NCBI RefSeq assembly: GCF_006345805.1 | Contig: NC_043014.1 | Location: 9,610,001-9,674,000 of the forward strand | Direction: 5' to 3' | From: Octopus sinensis | Lineage: Eukaryota | Length of the DNA: 64,000 nt | Shown here: positions 14,750-26,485 of the stretch, piece after piece | Layout of the letters: each line of letters opens with the position of its first letter | Numbering within the stretch: the stretch's first letter is position 1 | Position numbers and translations under genes: made by a program | The notes under the pieces: generated by a model | Told to the model about the DNA's origin: nothing | Database searches by the model: none | The model's input: the letters and a program-made list of their open reading frames with translations, nothing else

Positions 14750-15052
14750 TTTAGAGGTTAGTGTATTCGGCTCATGATCGTAAGTTCGTATGTTCAATTC
14801 CCGGCTGCGCGTTGAATGCATGAGCAAGACACTTTATTTCACATTGCTCCAGCCCAGTAACCTAGTAAAAATGAGTTGTACCTGTATAGGTTTCAAAAGG
14901 CCAATGTTTGTCACACTGTATATCCCTGAAAAATACGTTAAGGGTACAGGTATCTGTGAAATGCTGAGCCGCCTTCGCGTTAATTTCACGAGCAGTCTGT
15001 TCAGTAGCCAGGTTCAAATGGAGCCCGTCTCATCGTAACCGGTGGAGTGCCA
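14750..15052 (+). mobile_element. Chimeric SINE: B-type head with D-type tail
   Basis: Head as in family B, then TTGTACCTGTAT...GTTAATTTCACGAGCAG...CGTAACCG as in family D. Confidence 0.7.
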
Positions 15053-15053
15053 G

Positions 15054-15109
<56 letters not shown>

Positions 15110-15114
15110 ATATA

Positions 15115-15353
15115 TTAGGGAATAAATCCAAACTTACAGGGAAAAATTAGATTTAGGATTAAATCCAATTTTATAGTATAAATATATATATTATATTAGA
15201 GATAAAACCACTATTAGGCAAATCAAACAGTGAAAAACATAAGCCAATACATAAAATTAATTTAAAAATATAAAAGTTAAAAATTAAAAAGTATTTAAAT
15301 AATTTAAACTTATAAATTTTAAATATATATATACAAGTATATATATATATATG

Positions 15354-15410
<57 letters not shown>

Positions 15411-15662
15411 GGGAATAAATCCAAACTTACAGGGAAAAATTAGATTTAGGATTAAATCCAATTTTATAGTATAAATATATTATATTATATTAGAGATAAA
15501 ACCACTATTAGGCAAATCAAACAGTGAAAAACATAAGCCAATACATAAAATTAATTTAAAAATATAAAAGTTAAAAATTAAAAAGTATTTAAATAATTTA
15601 AACTTATAAATTTTAAATATATATATACAAGTATATATATATATATATATAATATATATATC

Positions 15663-15695
<33 letters not shown>

Positions 15696-15850
15696 ATTTT
15701 TATATTTTTATATTATTTTATTTATTTATTTATTTATTTATTTATATAAATATCAAAAGTATTAAAAGTTTAATAAAAGATAAAGAGTAAAACACTACGA
15801 TCGTTTCAAGCTGTACCAATTCAAATAACAATAAGTTAAATTCAATTATA
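15115..15850 (-). mobile_element. Penelope-like pseudo-LTR fragment with a 293-bp tandem duplication and the 3' half of a hammerhead
   Basis: TTAGGGAATAAATCCAAACTTACAGGG... occurs at 15115 and 15408 and is the reverse complement of 56913-56995. The minus strand at about 15793-15825 reads GAAA-CGATCG-TA. Confidence 0.6.
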
Positions 15851-15859
15851 AGTCCAGCG

Positions 15860-16141
15860 TGATAGATGTCATCGCAGAGTATACACGCAGTATGTATAGA
15901 TGGGCTGTACAGGTCGCCCGGCTCACCGATAATCGGTGGACGCACGCAGTTGTCGAGTGGTACCCGCGCGAGCGGAAAGGACTACCCGGAAGACCTCCAC
16001 GACGGTGGAGTTACGATTTGAGGAGGACGATTGTGATCACGTGGATGAGAAAGCGCGATCCAGGGAGGAGTGGACAGCGTGCTGTGACCAGCGGTGTCAA
16101 ATGGACGCCCGACGGACTGGTCGGTTAAGGGGATCAAGGTG

Positions 16142-16142
<1 letters not shown>
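15860..16142 (+). mobile_element. RTE-clade LINE 3' fragment
   Basis: YRWAVQVARLTDNRWTHAVVEWYPRERKGLPGRPPRRWSYDL is the typical RTE ORF C-terminus (W-GH-R...GRP-R-W). Confidence 0.8.
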
Positions 16143-16182
<40 letters not shown>

Positions 16183-16190
16183 CACATTAT

Positions 16191-16224
<34 letters not shown>

Positions 16225-16371
16225 ATATATATATACATACATACATATATATATATAATATATATATATATATTATATATATATATATATATCTATATAT
16301 ATATATATATATATATACATACATATGTGTGTGTCTTTGTGCGTGTGTGTTCATATGTGTGTCTATATTCT

Positions 16372-16718
16372 GTTATTCTTTTACTTGTTTCAGCCATTTG
16401 ACTGCGTCCATGCTGGTGCACCACCTTTTAGTCGAGCAAATCGACCCCGGTACTTATTCTTTGTAAGCCTAATACTTACCCTATCGTTCTCTTTTGCCGA
16501 ATCGCTAAGTTACGGGGATGTAAACACACCAGCATCGCAGACACACAAACACACACCTATATATATACATATATACGACGGGATTCTATCAGTTCCCGTC
16601 CCATCAAATCCATTCACAAGGCTTTGGTCGGCCCGAGGCTATAGGTGAAGACAATTGCCCAAATTGCCACGCAGTGGGACTGAACCCGGAACTGTGTTGT
16701 TGATAAGCGAGCTACTTT
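16372..16718 (-). mobile_element. SINE family C
   Basis: Reverse complement of the family C body (CCACTGCGTGG...TTGGGCAA...GGCCGACCAAAGCC). Confidence 0.8.
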
Positions 16719-16719
16719 A

Positions 16720-17870
16720 TTTCAAAATTTTGGCATAAAGGCATAACATAGAGGGGACACTACAAAACATGTGGGGACATATAACAATTAAATTTATATA
16801 AAATTAAAACTATGATACGATGAATGATACATGAAATGAATATAAAAAAATAAAATCAAAATATTAAAGTTATGATAGCATGAATGATATCGTGAAAATG
16901 AGAATATGAAAAGTGTGTCACTCACCCCACACTAAGTAACACCACTCGCTACCTCTGAGTCCTAAGTACTCTTTAGTCCCTAGTCCAGCCCTTCGTTTTC
17001 CGCTTTCTCCATCGCTGAGTGACAACACTCTTTCCTCCATGTAGACGCAACCTTTATCACCGGGGGAGGGGTCTCGTAAGCTTTGTGGTGTCTGTACTTC
17101 TTTTTCTTTTCCTGTGGGGAAAGGGGTTTGGTGTCTGTATGAAGAGGGTGGGTTTGAGTGGTCTTAGGTGGGATGGAGTTGGTCTAGTGTACCACATCAT
17201 ACTCACTGTTCTTCCTTTTCTTCCTCTTCTTCCTTTTACTCCCTGTCACCATCCACTCTTCCTCCTTGTCCCTTCCGTCTGTCTGCTCCTCTTCCCTTTT
17301 CTCCTCCGTCTTCACAACCGCTTTTTCTATTATTTTCCTCTGCAGAGGGTAGTGCGCTCTAATGTGGCACTTTTGGCCACATTTAAAACATCGTGCGACT
17401 CTGCCCGTCACCCAAACTGTTAATACAATCTCTCCCAACGTCACTGTTTCCGCTAAACTCTCCTCTGCCTGTACAATGAGGTTCAAGATTTTTCCTCTCT
17501 ATCCTCCTTCGTCCGTTTCCATAGCTTGGAGGTCAGCCAACGAGGACGGCTACCGGAACCCAAGCCACTTCTTCATCGGGTGGAATTCCTTCTACCCTCA
17601 CCTTGGAAGTCCAAGATAGGTGGGCAAGATACGCCCAAGATACGTGGGCAGAAACATCACTTCTTCTATCCTCACTGCTACACTCGCCAGCCTCCTCCCC
17701 TCTTCCACTGTCTTAAATTGGATTCCCATTATTATATAAATAATTTGGCTGGATGATTCCCTCAGTGCCTTTTTCTGCTTTCTTTGTATCGTCTGACTGG
17801 ATGTTTTGTTGTCCCTTTTTTGTGTCACCTAACTGTCTGAAAGTTTTTAGGCAACTAAAAACCTCAGTCA
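16720..17870 (-). mobile_element. Tx1/L1-like element carrying only a degenerate gag-like ORF1 (zinc knuckle) and a 3' UTR
   Basis: RCFKCGQKCHIRAHYP resembles a CX2CX4HX4C knuckle and is followed by a K/E-rich region. The 3' end ATGTCCCCACATGTTTTGTAGTGTCCCCTCT is shared with 57650-57685. No RT is visible. Confidence 0.65.
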
Positions 17871-18217
17871 TATACTTTAAGGGTTAATTTAATAGATAAC
17901 TGTCGTGTTATTTTTCTTGAATATTGTTGATAGCCAAAAGCCGTTACGATAATTATTAAGGTTACCTATTTAATCACCTACCTAGAATAATTTTCACCGA
18001 AAATTTGCTAGCCAATAAATATAGTATCGAACCGTTGGTGAAGCGATATTTTCTATTCACTTAGTGTCATATTCTACACGATTCCTTGTACTGAAAGACT
18101 CCGTCTCATCGCATTTCTTTAGCGACTTGAAATCATTAACGAAAGCATGGACCCTGCTTTTAAAATTTCATATTCATTTGGAAGTGACTGCCGAATATAT
18201 ACGTTCATACACATATA

Positions 18218-18636
18218 CAGGCGCAGGAGTGGCTGTGTGGTAAGTAGCTTGCTTACCAACCACATGGTTCCGGGTTCAGTCCCACTGCGTGGCACCTTGG
18301 GCAAGTGTCTTCTGCTATAGCCTCGGGCCGACCAAAGCTTTGTGAGTGGATTTGGTAGACGGAAACTGAAAGAAGCCCGTCGTATATATGTATATATATA
18401 TATATATATATGTGCGTGTGTGTTTGTGTGTCTGTGTTTGTCCCCCTAGTATTGCTTGACAACCGATGCTGGTGTGTTTATGTTCCCGTCACTTAGCGGT
18501 TCGGCAAAAGAGACCGATAGAATAAGTACTGGGCTTACAAAGAACAAGTCCCCGGTCGAGTTGCTCGATTAAAGGTGGTGCTCCAGCATGGCCGCAGTCA
18601 AATGACTGAAACAAATAAAAGAGTAAAAGAGTAGAG
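18218..18636 (+). mobile_element. SINE family C, full length with internal (TA)n
   Basis: AGGCGCAGGAGTGGCTGTGTGGTAAG head, GGTTCAGTCCC B-box-like motif, (GAGTAAAA)n tail. Confidence 0.9.
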
Positions 18637-19424
18637 TTGTAAAAACCAGGACTGCAGTAAGTGCCGTGGTTTCCAGTCCACTTTCTTCCAAATATTTTCG
18701 ACGCTTGTTATTCACTTTTGCAGTTAGTTAATGGCTGAATCCACTATTCGAATAAACAGCTATTTTTAATTCTTTTTTTTTAACCTCATTTTTCACGTAT
18801 CATCTTTATAAATACTAAAATTCAAATTTTGTAAACGAAGTGTTTCTGGTTTTGCGATTTCAAAGAAACAGTCCGTCGTGGACGTGACTTGCTTCTACTA
18901 ATATAGAGCTATTATTCTTTTGCCTAAAATAATTTCCGGCATATTCTGAGAATTGGACAACGAAAGAAATAAAAAAGGATATTGATCTTCGTTACATCTA
19001 CAAAGAAAGCTACCTTTCAGCCTTTCAGAAAAGGAAAGCAATTTTAAATGACGTCAAGACACGCACACTTACATGTTTACTAACAACACATGTCTGTTGA
19101 TCAATAAATGGAGGAATCCCGTCAATTTAATGTACATTAGAAGAAGACAGGATTTTTCTTTTCATTCTTCTGCGAAAACATTCATAAACAAAGAAAAGTA
19201 ATTTTCTGCTTTCCGTGAAGTAGATGTTAACAATCGCAAACATTCAATCGCTCACGATAGAAAAACATATTGGAAATGAAAGTGAAATATCGTGTCATAT
19301 AATCTAGGTTCTGTTTTGGTGCCTGGTGAGCTTTGTTGGGCTGGGTGACATTATAGTGGAAGGGCTTTGTGTGTGATGTGTGTGTGTGTGGGGGCTTTGT
19401 GCGTGTAGAGAGAGTTGAGTGTGG

Positions 19425-19810
19425 ATGGAAGCACTCCGTCGGTTACGACGACGAGGGTTCCGGTTGATTCGAATCAACGGAACAGCCTGCTCGTGAAATT
19501 AACGTGTAAGTGGCTGAGCACTCCACAGACACGTGTACCCTTAACGTAGTTCTCGGGGATATTCAGCGTGATACAGAGAGTGACAAGGCCGGCCCTTTGA
19601 AATACAGGTACAACAGAAACAGGAAGTAAGAGTGAGAGAAAGTTGTGGTGAAAGAGTACAGCAGGGATCACCATCATCCCTTCCGGAGCCTCGTGAAGCT
19701 TTAGGTGTTTTTCGCTCAATAAACACTCACAACGCCCGGTCTGGGAATCGAAACCGCGATCCTATGACCGCGAGTCCGCTACCCTAACCATTGGGCCATT
19801 GCGCCTCCAG
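19425..19810 (-). mobile_element. SINE family D, full length
   Basis: Minus strand TGGAGGCGCAATGGCCCAATGGTTAGGG...GGTTTCGATTCCC (A/B boxes), ending CGTCGTCGTAACCGACGGAGTGCTTCCA. Confidence 0.9.
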
Positions 19811-19857
19811 TTGAGTGTAAGAGGAACGTGTAACAGGTGTCTATATTTTCTTCAGCA

Positions 19858-20344
19858 TGAAGGTGGCAAGCTGGCAGAAACGTTAGCACGTCGGGCGAAA
19901 TGCTTAGAGGTATTTCGTCTGCCGTTACGTTGTGAGTTCAAATTCCGCCGAGGTTGACTTTGCCTTTCATCCTTTTGGGGTCGATGAATTAAGTACCAGT
20001 TACGCACTGGGATCGATGTAATCGACTTAATCCGTCTGTCTGTCCTTGTTTGTCCCCTCTGTGTTTAGCCCCTTGTGGGTAGTAAAGAAATATATTTTTT
20101 CTTCAGCATGAAGGTGGCGACCTGGCACAAACGTTAGCGCGCCGGGCGAAATACTTGGCGGTATTTCGTCTGCCGTTACGTTGTGAGTTCAAATTCCGCC
20201 GTAGTTGACTTTGCCTTTCATCCCTTCGGGGTTGATAGATTAAGTACCAGTTACACACTGGGGTCGATGTAATCGACTAAACACCTATGTCTGTCATTGT
20301 TTGTCCCCTCTATGTTTAGCCCCTTGTGGGCAATAAAGAAATAC
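19858..20344 (+). mobile_element. Two full SINE A copies separated and flanked by the same ~15-bp target sequence
   Basis: ATATTTTCTTCAGCA at 19843-19857 and 20345-20359, and a version with two extra T at 20092-20107. Confidence 0.85.
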
Positions 20345-20596
20345 ATATTTTCTTCAGCACAGAATAAGTGGAATACAATCGAGAACTTGAGTATGTGCAT
20401 TGTTAACCTTAATAACACAACAATGTCTTAACCTATCTTAACCTGAATAAAACGATACTTTTATACATGTAATAATAGACTATGGTCAATTTGTGCAATA
20501 GAAATCCCATATTCCAGCCATTCTTAATTACTGTTATATAATAATATATATTAAATTCTGATTATGAAATAAATTTAGACTATATATTTACACTAT

Positions 20597-20748
20597 AAGG
20601 CGCAGGTGTGGCCGTGTGGCATAGGTTGATTAACAGGTTCAATCCCACTGCGCGGCGCCTTGGGCTAGTGTCTTCTACTATAGACTCGGGCCGACCAAAG
20701 CCTTGTGAGTGGATTTCGTAGACGGAAATTGAAAGAAGCCCGTCGTAG

Positions 20749-20830
<82 letters not shown>

Positions 20831-21048
20831 ATGTCTGCGTATATGTTTGTGTGTCTGTGTTTGTCCCCCCAACATCGCCTGACAACCGATGCTGGTGTAT
20901 TTGCGTCTCTGTAACTTAGCAGTTCGGCAAAAGTGTCCGATAGAATAAGTACTTGGCTTACAAATAATAAGTCATGTGTTGATTTGGTCGACTAAAGGCG
21001 TTGCTCTAGCATGGTCGCAGTCAAAATGACTGAAGCAAGTAAAAGAGC
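20597..21048 (+). mobile_element. SINE family C
   Basis: Family C head, body and tail, with an internal deletion and a long (TA)n. Confidence 0.85.
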
Positions 21049-21475
21049 ATATTTAAAAAAAAATTAATTAAAGTCAATTCTGCTTCGGAAGACGCAACAT
21101 GGAGCATCTGTAATATTTTCCAGAATGCATTTCTAGAATTACATGTATAAGAATTATAAGAATTTTGGAAATACTCAAAACAAAACAAATGACTTTCGAT
21201 TAGTGTTAGCATTTTATGTTCAGGATAAAGATTAGTGTTTATGGTGAATGTTTAAGATAAACGTTTACAGTGAACGTTTTAGGGTTAGGGTGTAGGATTC
21301 AAGTGTTAAGAATATCACATAGAAAATAAGTTTTTAAGGAGAATTTCTTCTTATTTAACCATGATTTAATATTGTTGTAACATTAATGAATAAAAATCGC
21401 TCTCAATTTTCGAAGTAAATAAAATGTTACGAGCTGTTTTGCGTTTATTTACACAGTTGGTCAACCGCGAGATAT

Positions 21476-21930
21476 ATACTTATTTCTTGACTGCCCACAA
21501 GGGGCTAAACATAGAAGAGACAAACAAGGACAGACAAAGGGATTAAGTCGAATACATCGACCCCAGTGATTAACTGGTACTTAATTTATCGACCCCGAAA
21601 GGATGAAAGGCAAAGTTGACCTCGGCGGAATTTGAACTCAGAACGTAACGGCAGACGAAAAAACGCTAAGCATTTCGCCTGTCGTGCTAACGTTTCTTGT
21701 TTCTTTACTACCTACAAGAGGCTAAACACAGAGAGGACAAACAAGGACAGACAAACGGATTAAGTCGATTATATCGACCCCAGTGCTTAACTGGTACTTA
21801 ATTTATCGACCCCAAAAGGATGAAAGGCAAAGTCGACCTCGGCGGAATTTGAACTCAGAACATAACGGCAGACGAAATACTGCTAAGCATTTTGCCCGGC
21901 GTGCTAACGTTTCTGCCAGCTAGCCGCTTT
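21476..21930 (-). mobile_element. SINE A dimer with 13-bp TSD
   Basis: AACCGCGAGATAT at 21463-21475 and 21931-21943 flanks two units. Confidence 0.88.
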
Positions 21931-22480
21931 AACCGCGAGATATTTTCTGCAAGATAAAACACAGTGAACGACTTGTTTATATGTACGAACGTGCTATTAG
22001 CATATTCGAACTTGTAATAACATTACGAATAATAAAATATAACATTCGAGCGGGGCAGGAAGGATGCTTATTGCAAGACTACACCATGTGCGGTATACGT
22101 TAACAACTTTGAATTTATACGTATTAAATGAAATGCAAATATGTTTTAAGAAGTACAAAACACAAGCATTTTTGTTACAAGATTTGTTGCAGATTAAAAT
22201 AGAATGAGCATCATAGTGCGGCAAGGATGGTGTTTATTGCACAAATCAACAAAGAGTTATGTAGTAATTGTCATCTTATTCTTGTTTATAGGGATTGCAT
22301 GAAATAAAAATAAGCATTTAAGATTATTCTGTATGGATTTTTGTATGGGATCAAAATACTATGAAGGAAACATGTTGAAGTAAATCCGATATCTTAGCCA
22401 GGAAACGAGTGTTTTATGTTCAACGCCACGTCGTGTATCCTTCCGGTTCATTTGAATTTTTAATAATTTCATTTACATTA

Positions 22481-22697
22481 AGGCGGCGAGCTGGCAGAAA
22501 CGTTAACACGCCGGATAAAATGCTTAGCAGTATTTCGTCTGCCGCTACGTTCTGAGTTCAAATTCTGCCGAGGTCGACTTTGCTTTTTATCCTTTCGGGG
22601 TCGATATATTAAGCACCAGTTACGCACTGGGGTCGAAGTAATAGACTTAATCCGTTTCTCTCTCCTTGTTTGTCCTTTCTTTGTTTAGCCTCTTGTT
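22481..22697 (+). mobile_element. SINE A interrupted in its tail by an RTE insertion
   Basis: The tail stops at GTTTAGCCTCTTGT and resumes as ...GTAGTAAAGACATAGGTATTTCG at about 23640. Confidence 0.75.
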
Positions 22698-22912
22698 GGC
22701 ATCCTTTTTGTCTCGGGAGACAATGGAGTTGCGCATAAAGTAGTCTAGTCCGGCTTTTATATTTCATGTCCTGATACATTTCCTGATGTGTCTGTCTAGT
22801 CTTATCCTGGACAAACACTCCCTCTGGCAGGTACCGCAAATGTAGCGAAGACTGTTCCTGGCTGGTTGTACTGTCATAGTTTGTTGTTGACGTCTTTTCT
22901 TGTCTTTCCATT

Positions 22913-22963
<51 letters not shown>

Positions 22964-23632
22964 ACTCCTTTGTATTCCCTCTCTTACGGTACGTCGCCGG
23001 TCTCCACGGTTGCCGGCAACTGCCTCCCAACCGCTAATATTGATGTTGCAGGCCTTCATGTCCCTTTTGCAAACATCCTTGTAACGTAAGAGCGGTCTAC
23101 CCACAGACCTAGTACCCCTAGCAAGCTCTCCGTAGAGTATGTCCTTGGGGATTCTGCCATCTTTCATACGGCTAACATGCCCAAGCCATCTCATACGTCT
23201 TTGTGTGAGCAGTGCAAAAATGCTTGGTATTCCTGCTTGCCTGAGGACATCTTTGTTGGGGATATGGTTCTGCCATTTGATGCGGAGGATTTTCCGGAGG
23301 CAGCGCAGGTGAAAGATGTTTAGGCGACGCTCTTGGCGTGTGTATAGCGTCCAAGTCTCACTTCCATACAGTAGAGTGCTAAGTACACATGCCTGGTAGA
23401 TTTTCGTGGTCTTGGTCAGCTTATTGTTGTCCCAAGCCCGTTTGGAGAGTTGGGCCATCGCAGCAGCAGCCTTGCCAATGCGTATATTGAGCTCAGCGTC
23501 GAGGGATAGGTTGTAGGTGACGGTAGAACTCAGATAGGTAAACTTCTCCACCTCTTGTAATCTGTGGTCTCCAATATGTATGTTTGGGATGTCCGATGTA
23601 GCCTGACCCATGATGTTGGTCTTCATAAGGCT
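22698..23632 (-). mobile_element. RTE/BovB-like LINE, 5'-truncated (post-RT region plus C-terminal Cys/His motif)
   Basis: The 250-aa ORF contains VEKFTYLSS, STLLYGSETW, RCLRKILRIKWQ, RRMRWLGHV and GRPLLRYKD. A downstream frame reads RYICGTCQRECLSRIRLDRHIRKC; the 3' end is GAGACAAAAAGGATGCCAAC. Confidence 0.9.
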
Positions 23633-23639
23633 GGTAGCT

Positions 23640-24265
23640 TGTATGTAGTAAAGACATAGGTATTTCGTTTGCCGATACGTTCTGAGTTCAAATTCCGCCG
23701 AGTTCGACTTTGCCTTTCATCCTTTTGTGGTCGATAAATTATCTACCAGTTGGGTACTGAGGTCGATCTAATCGACTGGACCGTTCCCCCAAAATTTCGG
23801 GCCTTGTGCCTAGAGTAGAAAAGAATAATTTCATTTGCATCAAGGTGGCGATTTGGCACAATCGTTAGAATGCTTAGTGACTCTTCATCATTTACGTTCG
23901 GAGTTCAAATTCGACTGAGGTCGACTTTTCATTTCAACATTCCGGGCTTGATAAATTGAGTACCAGTTCACACCTGGGGTAGAAATAATCGACCTATCTC
24001 CTCACTAGAAATTTTTATTTTTTGTATCAATGTCTGAAACCAATATTTTCATTTAAATTGTTACCACGCCATTAAAAATCCTAAGCGGCATTCCGTCCAT
24101 CATAAAATCTTAAGTTTACATTCCAGTGAGGTCCAATTTGCTCTTTGTTTTTTCAGGCTCGATAAAATAATTACCAGTACAGCACTGGCGCCAATGTAGT
24201 CGATTTGCCCCTCCCTCGAACTTACACCGCTGGTGCCAAAACAGGAAACCAGCTGTTTGATTTAC
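23640..24265 (+). mobile_element. Cluster of SINE A-variant fragments
   Basis: Three degenerate units with GAGTTCAAATTC...GAGGTCGACTTT and a variant tail AAATTTCGGGCCTTGTGCCTAGAGTAGAA. Confidence 0.7.
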
Positions 24266-24891
24266 ACCATATCAGGAGCTGCCTGCACCCCAGTATTTCA
24301 AAGATCATATCACGAATTTGGATGTCCCGTATATTTTATGGCGCGATTGGTATAAACCTAGAAATTTCTTTACTAAACACAACGTAGAGACGTTCTTATA
24401 TTTTACACTAATGTATAATATAAATTGGACATGGGTGATCATTGTATTCTTTCTTGTATTGAGGTTCACAGCGAAATTCGCGTGAAAAATGGCACACATG
24501 AGGAGATGGGTGCATAGATTGGAATGCGGTTTGTATTTTTTTCATAGCCCCCATAGTAATCGAGAAAATAGATTAAACATTTTCTAATGGAATTCCCCTG
24601 TTTGTTCTGCCATTAAAACAACCAGTTGCTCATACAGCCGACATATACCATTTCGCTAGCAACAAGGGGAGTACAGGATGACAGCCAGCCAAAACTTTCG
24701 CTATGCTGTCTCTCTTCTTTCACCTATTTGAGGGGTTAAAAATCTTAATCGTTAGTTAGTTTCTCATTCAAACTACATAATAGGCAGAATTGTCGGATTA
24801 AGACAGTAGGGTGTTTTGAGGGAAATTTGGCTGCTATTTCTACCATGTCTAGCTACCATGTACAGGTCTGAACTTAATTTTCATTCACATA

Positions 24892-25120
24892 TTATTTCTT
24901 TACTACCCACAAGGGGCTAAACATAGAGGGGACAAACAAGGACAGACAAACGGATTAAGTCGATTACATCGACCCCAGTGCGTAACTGGTTCTTAATTTA
25001 TCAACCCCGAAAGGATGAAAGGCAAAGTCGACCTCGGCGAAATTTGAACTCGGAACGTAATAGTGGCAGACGAAATACGGCTACGCATTTCATCCGGCGT
25101 GCTAACGTTTCTGCCAGCTC
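24892..25120 (-). mobile_element. SINE A
   Basis: Matches the family A consensus. Confidence 0.85.
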
Positions 25121-25194
25121 CACATATGCCTAACCGAAAGCGATCACAGCCACATCATCCAAACAGACCGGGTGAAAGCTGACTTAGCTGCTAG

Positions 25195-25590
25195 TCTTTA
25201 TATATAAAAGTGAAGTTGTGTGTCTCACTCCTACGATGTAGATTCCTAACTACTCCCACATTTTGCGGTGCAGTTTAACCAAAACCGGGTATCTTATAGT
25301 CGTGATTCATATCGAGCCCTTCTGGGTATTAGCACGCGTCTGCGATGAGTCTACGATTTAAAAAAAATATTACCATAATTTTTTCCATTTTAATGCATTT
25401 TTTTCGCTATTACATAAGGGAAGTAACTCTCTAAAAATGTCTACGATGAGTCAACGATTTAAAAAAAAATTACCATATTTTTTTTCCATTTTTAATGCAT
25501 TTTTTTGCTATTTTTTGGCTATAACTCTCTAAAAATGCTTATATAGTTATTTCCCTTACAAACCCGAGCAACGCCGGGCGATACTGATAG
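25195..25590 (+). mobile_element. Non-autonomous Helitron-like element
   Basis: 5' TCTTTATATATAAAA, 3' hairpin CCCG-AGCAACGC-CGGG then ...CTGATAG|T (CTAG-like end). No TIRs or TSD. Confidence 0.75.
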
Positions 25591-26448
25591 TTTTATATAA
25601 AACCAAATTATACAGAATTATAACCAGTTTTGTAGGAACTATAAATGACAAATAGTAGCGTAGCATGGTAATAAATAGGAACTGATCGTTCTTGACAACA
25701 AATTTAATATACCGTAATCAGGAGGACAAACACACAAAATGACAATACAGGGTAAGTTAGATTACTTTAGTCGTAGCATATTTCCACTCGCATCATGGTT
25801 ATAAATCACTTCACTTACTATTTATGAAGACACGTGGGATTTAGCTGAACGTACTGCGGAGCACTAAAGTACATTAGTCTGCAATGTGTCATTTTATTAA
25901 CCTATTTCATATTCATTTTACTTTCACTTTCATTCTTATTTTTTTTTTGCTTTTCATTTCTTCATCTTTGATGTATCTTTTCTCGTCTCTTTGTACACAA
26001 GTTCTATTTTGCTTCAATGTTGTTCACTTCCTAGATATATATTTTTTCCCTTTTATTTTCTTACGCGATGTCGTGTGATTGCATCCTATCTTCTTTCTGT
26101 TGTTTTTTTTTGTTTCTTCGCTTTACTCAATATTTCTTACGCTTTCGATGTTTCGTTTATAACTTCTTTGACGTATGATTGGTTTATTTCCCTTGTCACT
26201 TCATTCGACATTCACCCCTTTCTTTTCCTGCTGTTTGCTCTATTTTAAGACCTATTACTGCTTTATCACTTCCCATATATTTCGAATAACCATAAAATAT
26301 TCTTTCATATTGACTTTATAAATTCTTCATTCACATTTTACAAATTACATTATCGACTTGAGTGCTCTCACGCACAAATTATTTTGCTTAAAAGTACACG
26401 ACATAGACAGCTTCTGATTTTTCTATTCATACATAATATTTATGGTTA

Positions 26449-26481
<33 letters not shown>

Positions 26482-26485
<4 letters not shown>

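Noticed and set aside
21270-21300. TTAGGGTTAGGG as an interstitial telomere
   Set aside because: Only two units; more likely a decayed MITE-internal motif.
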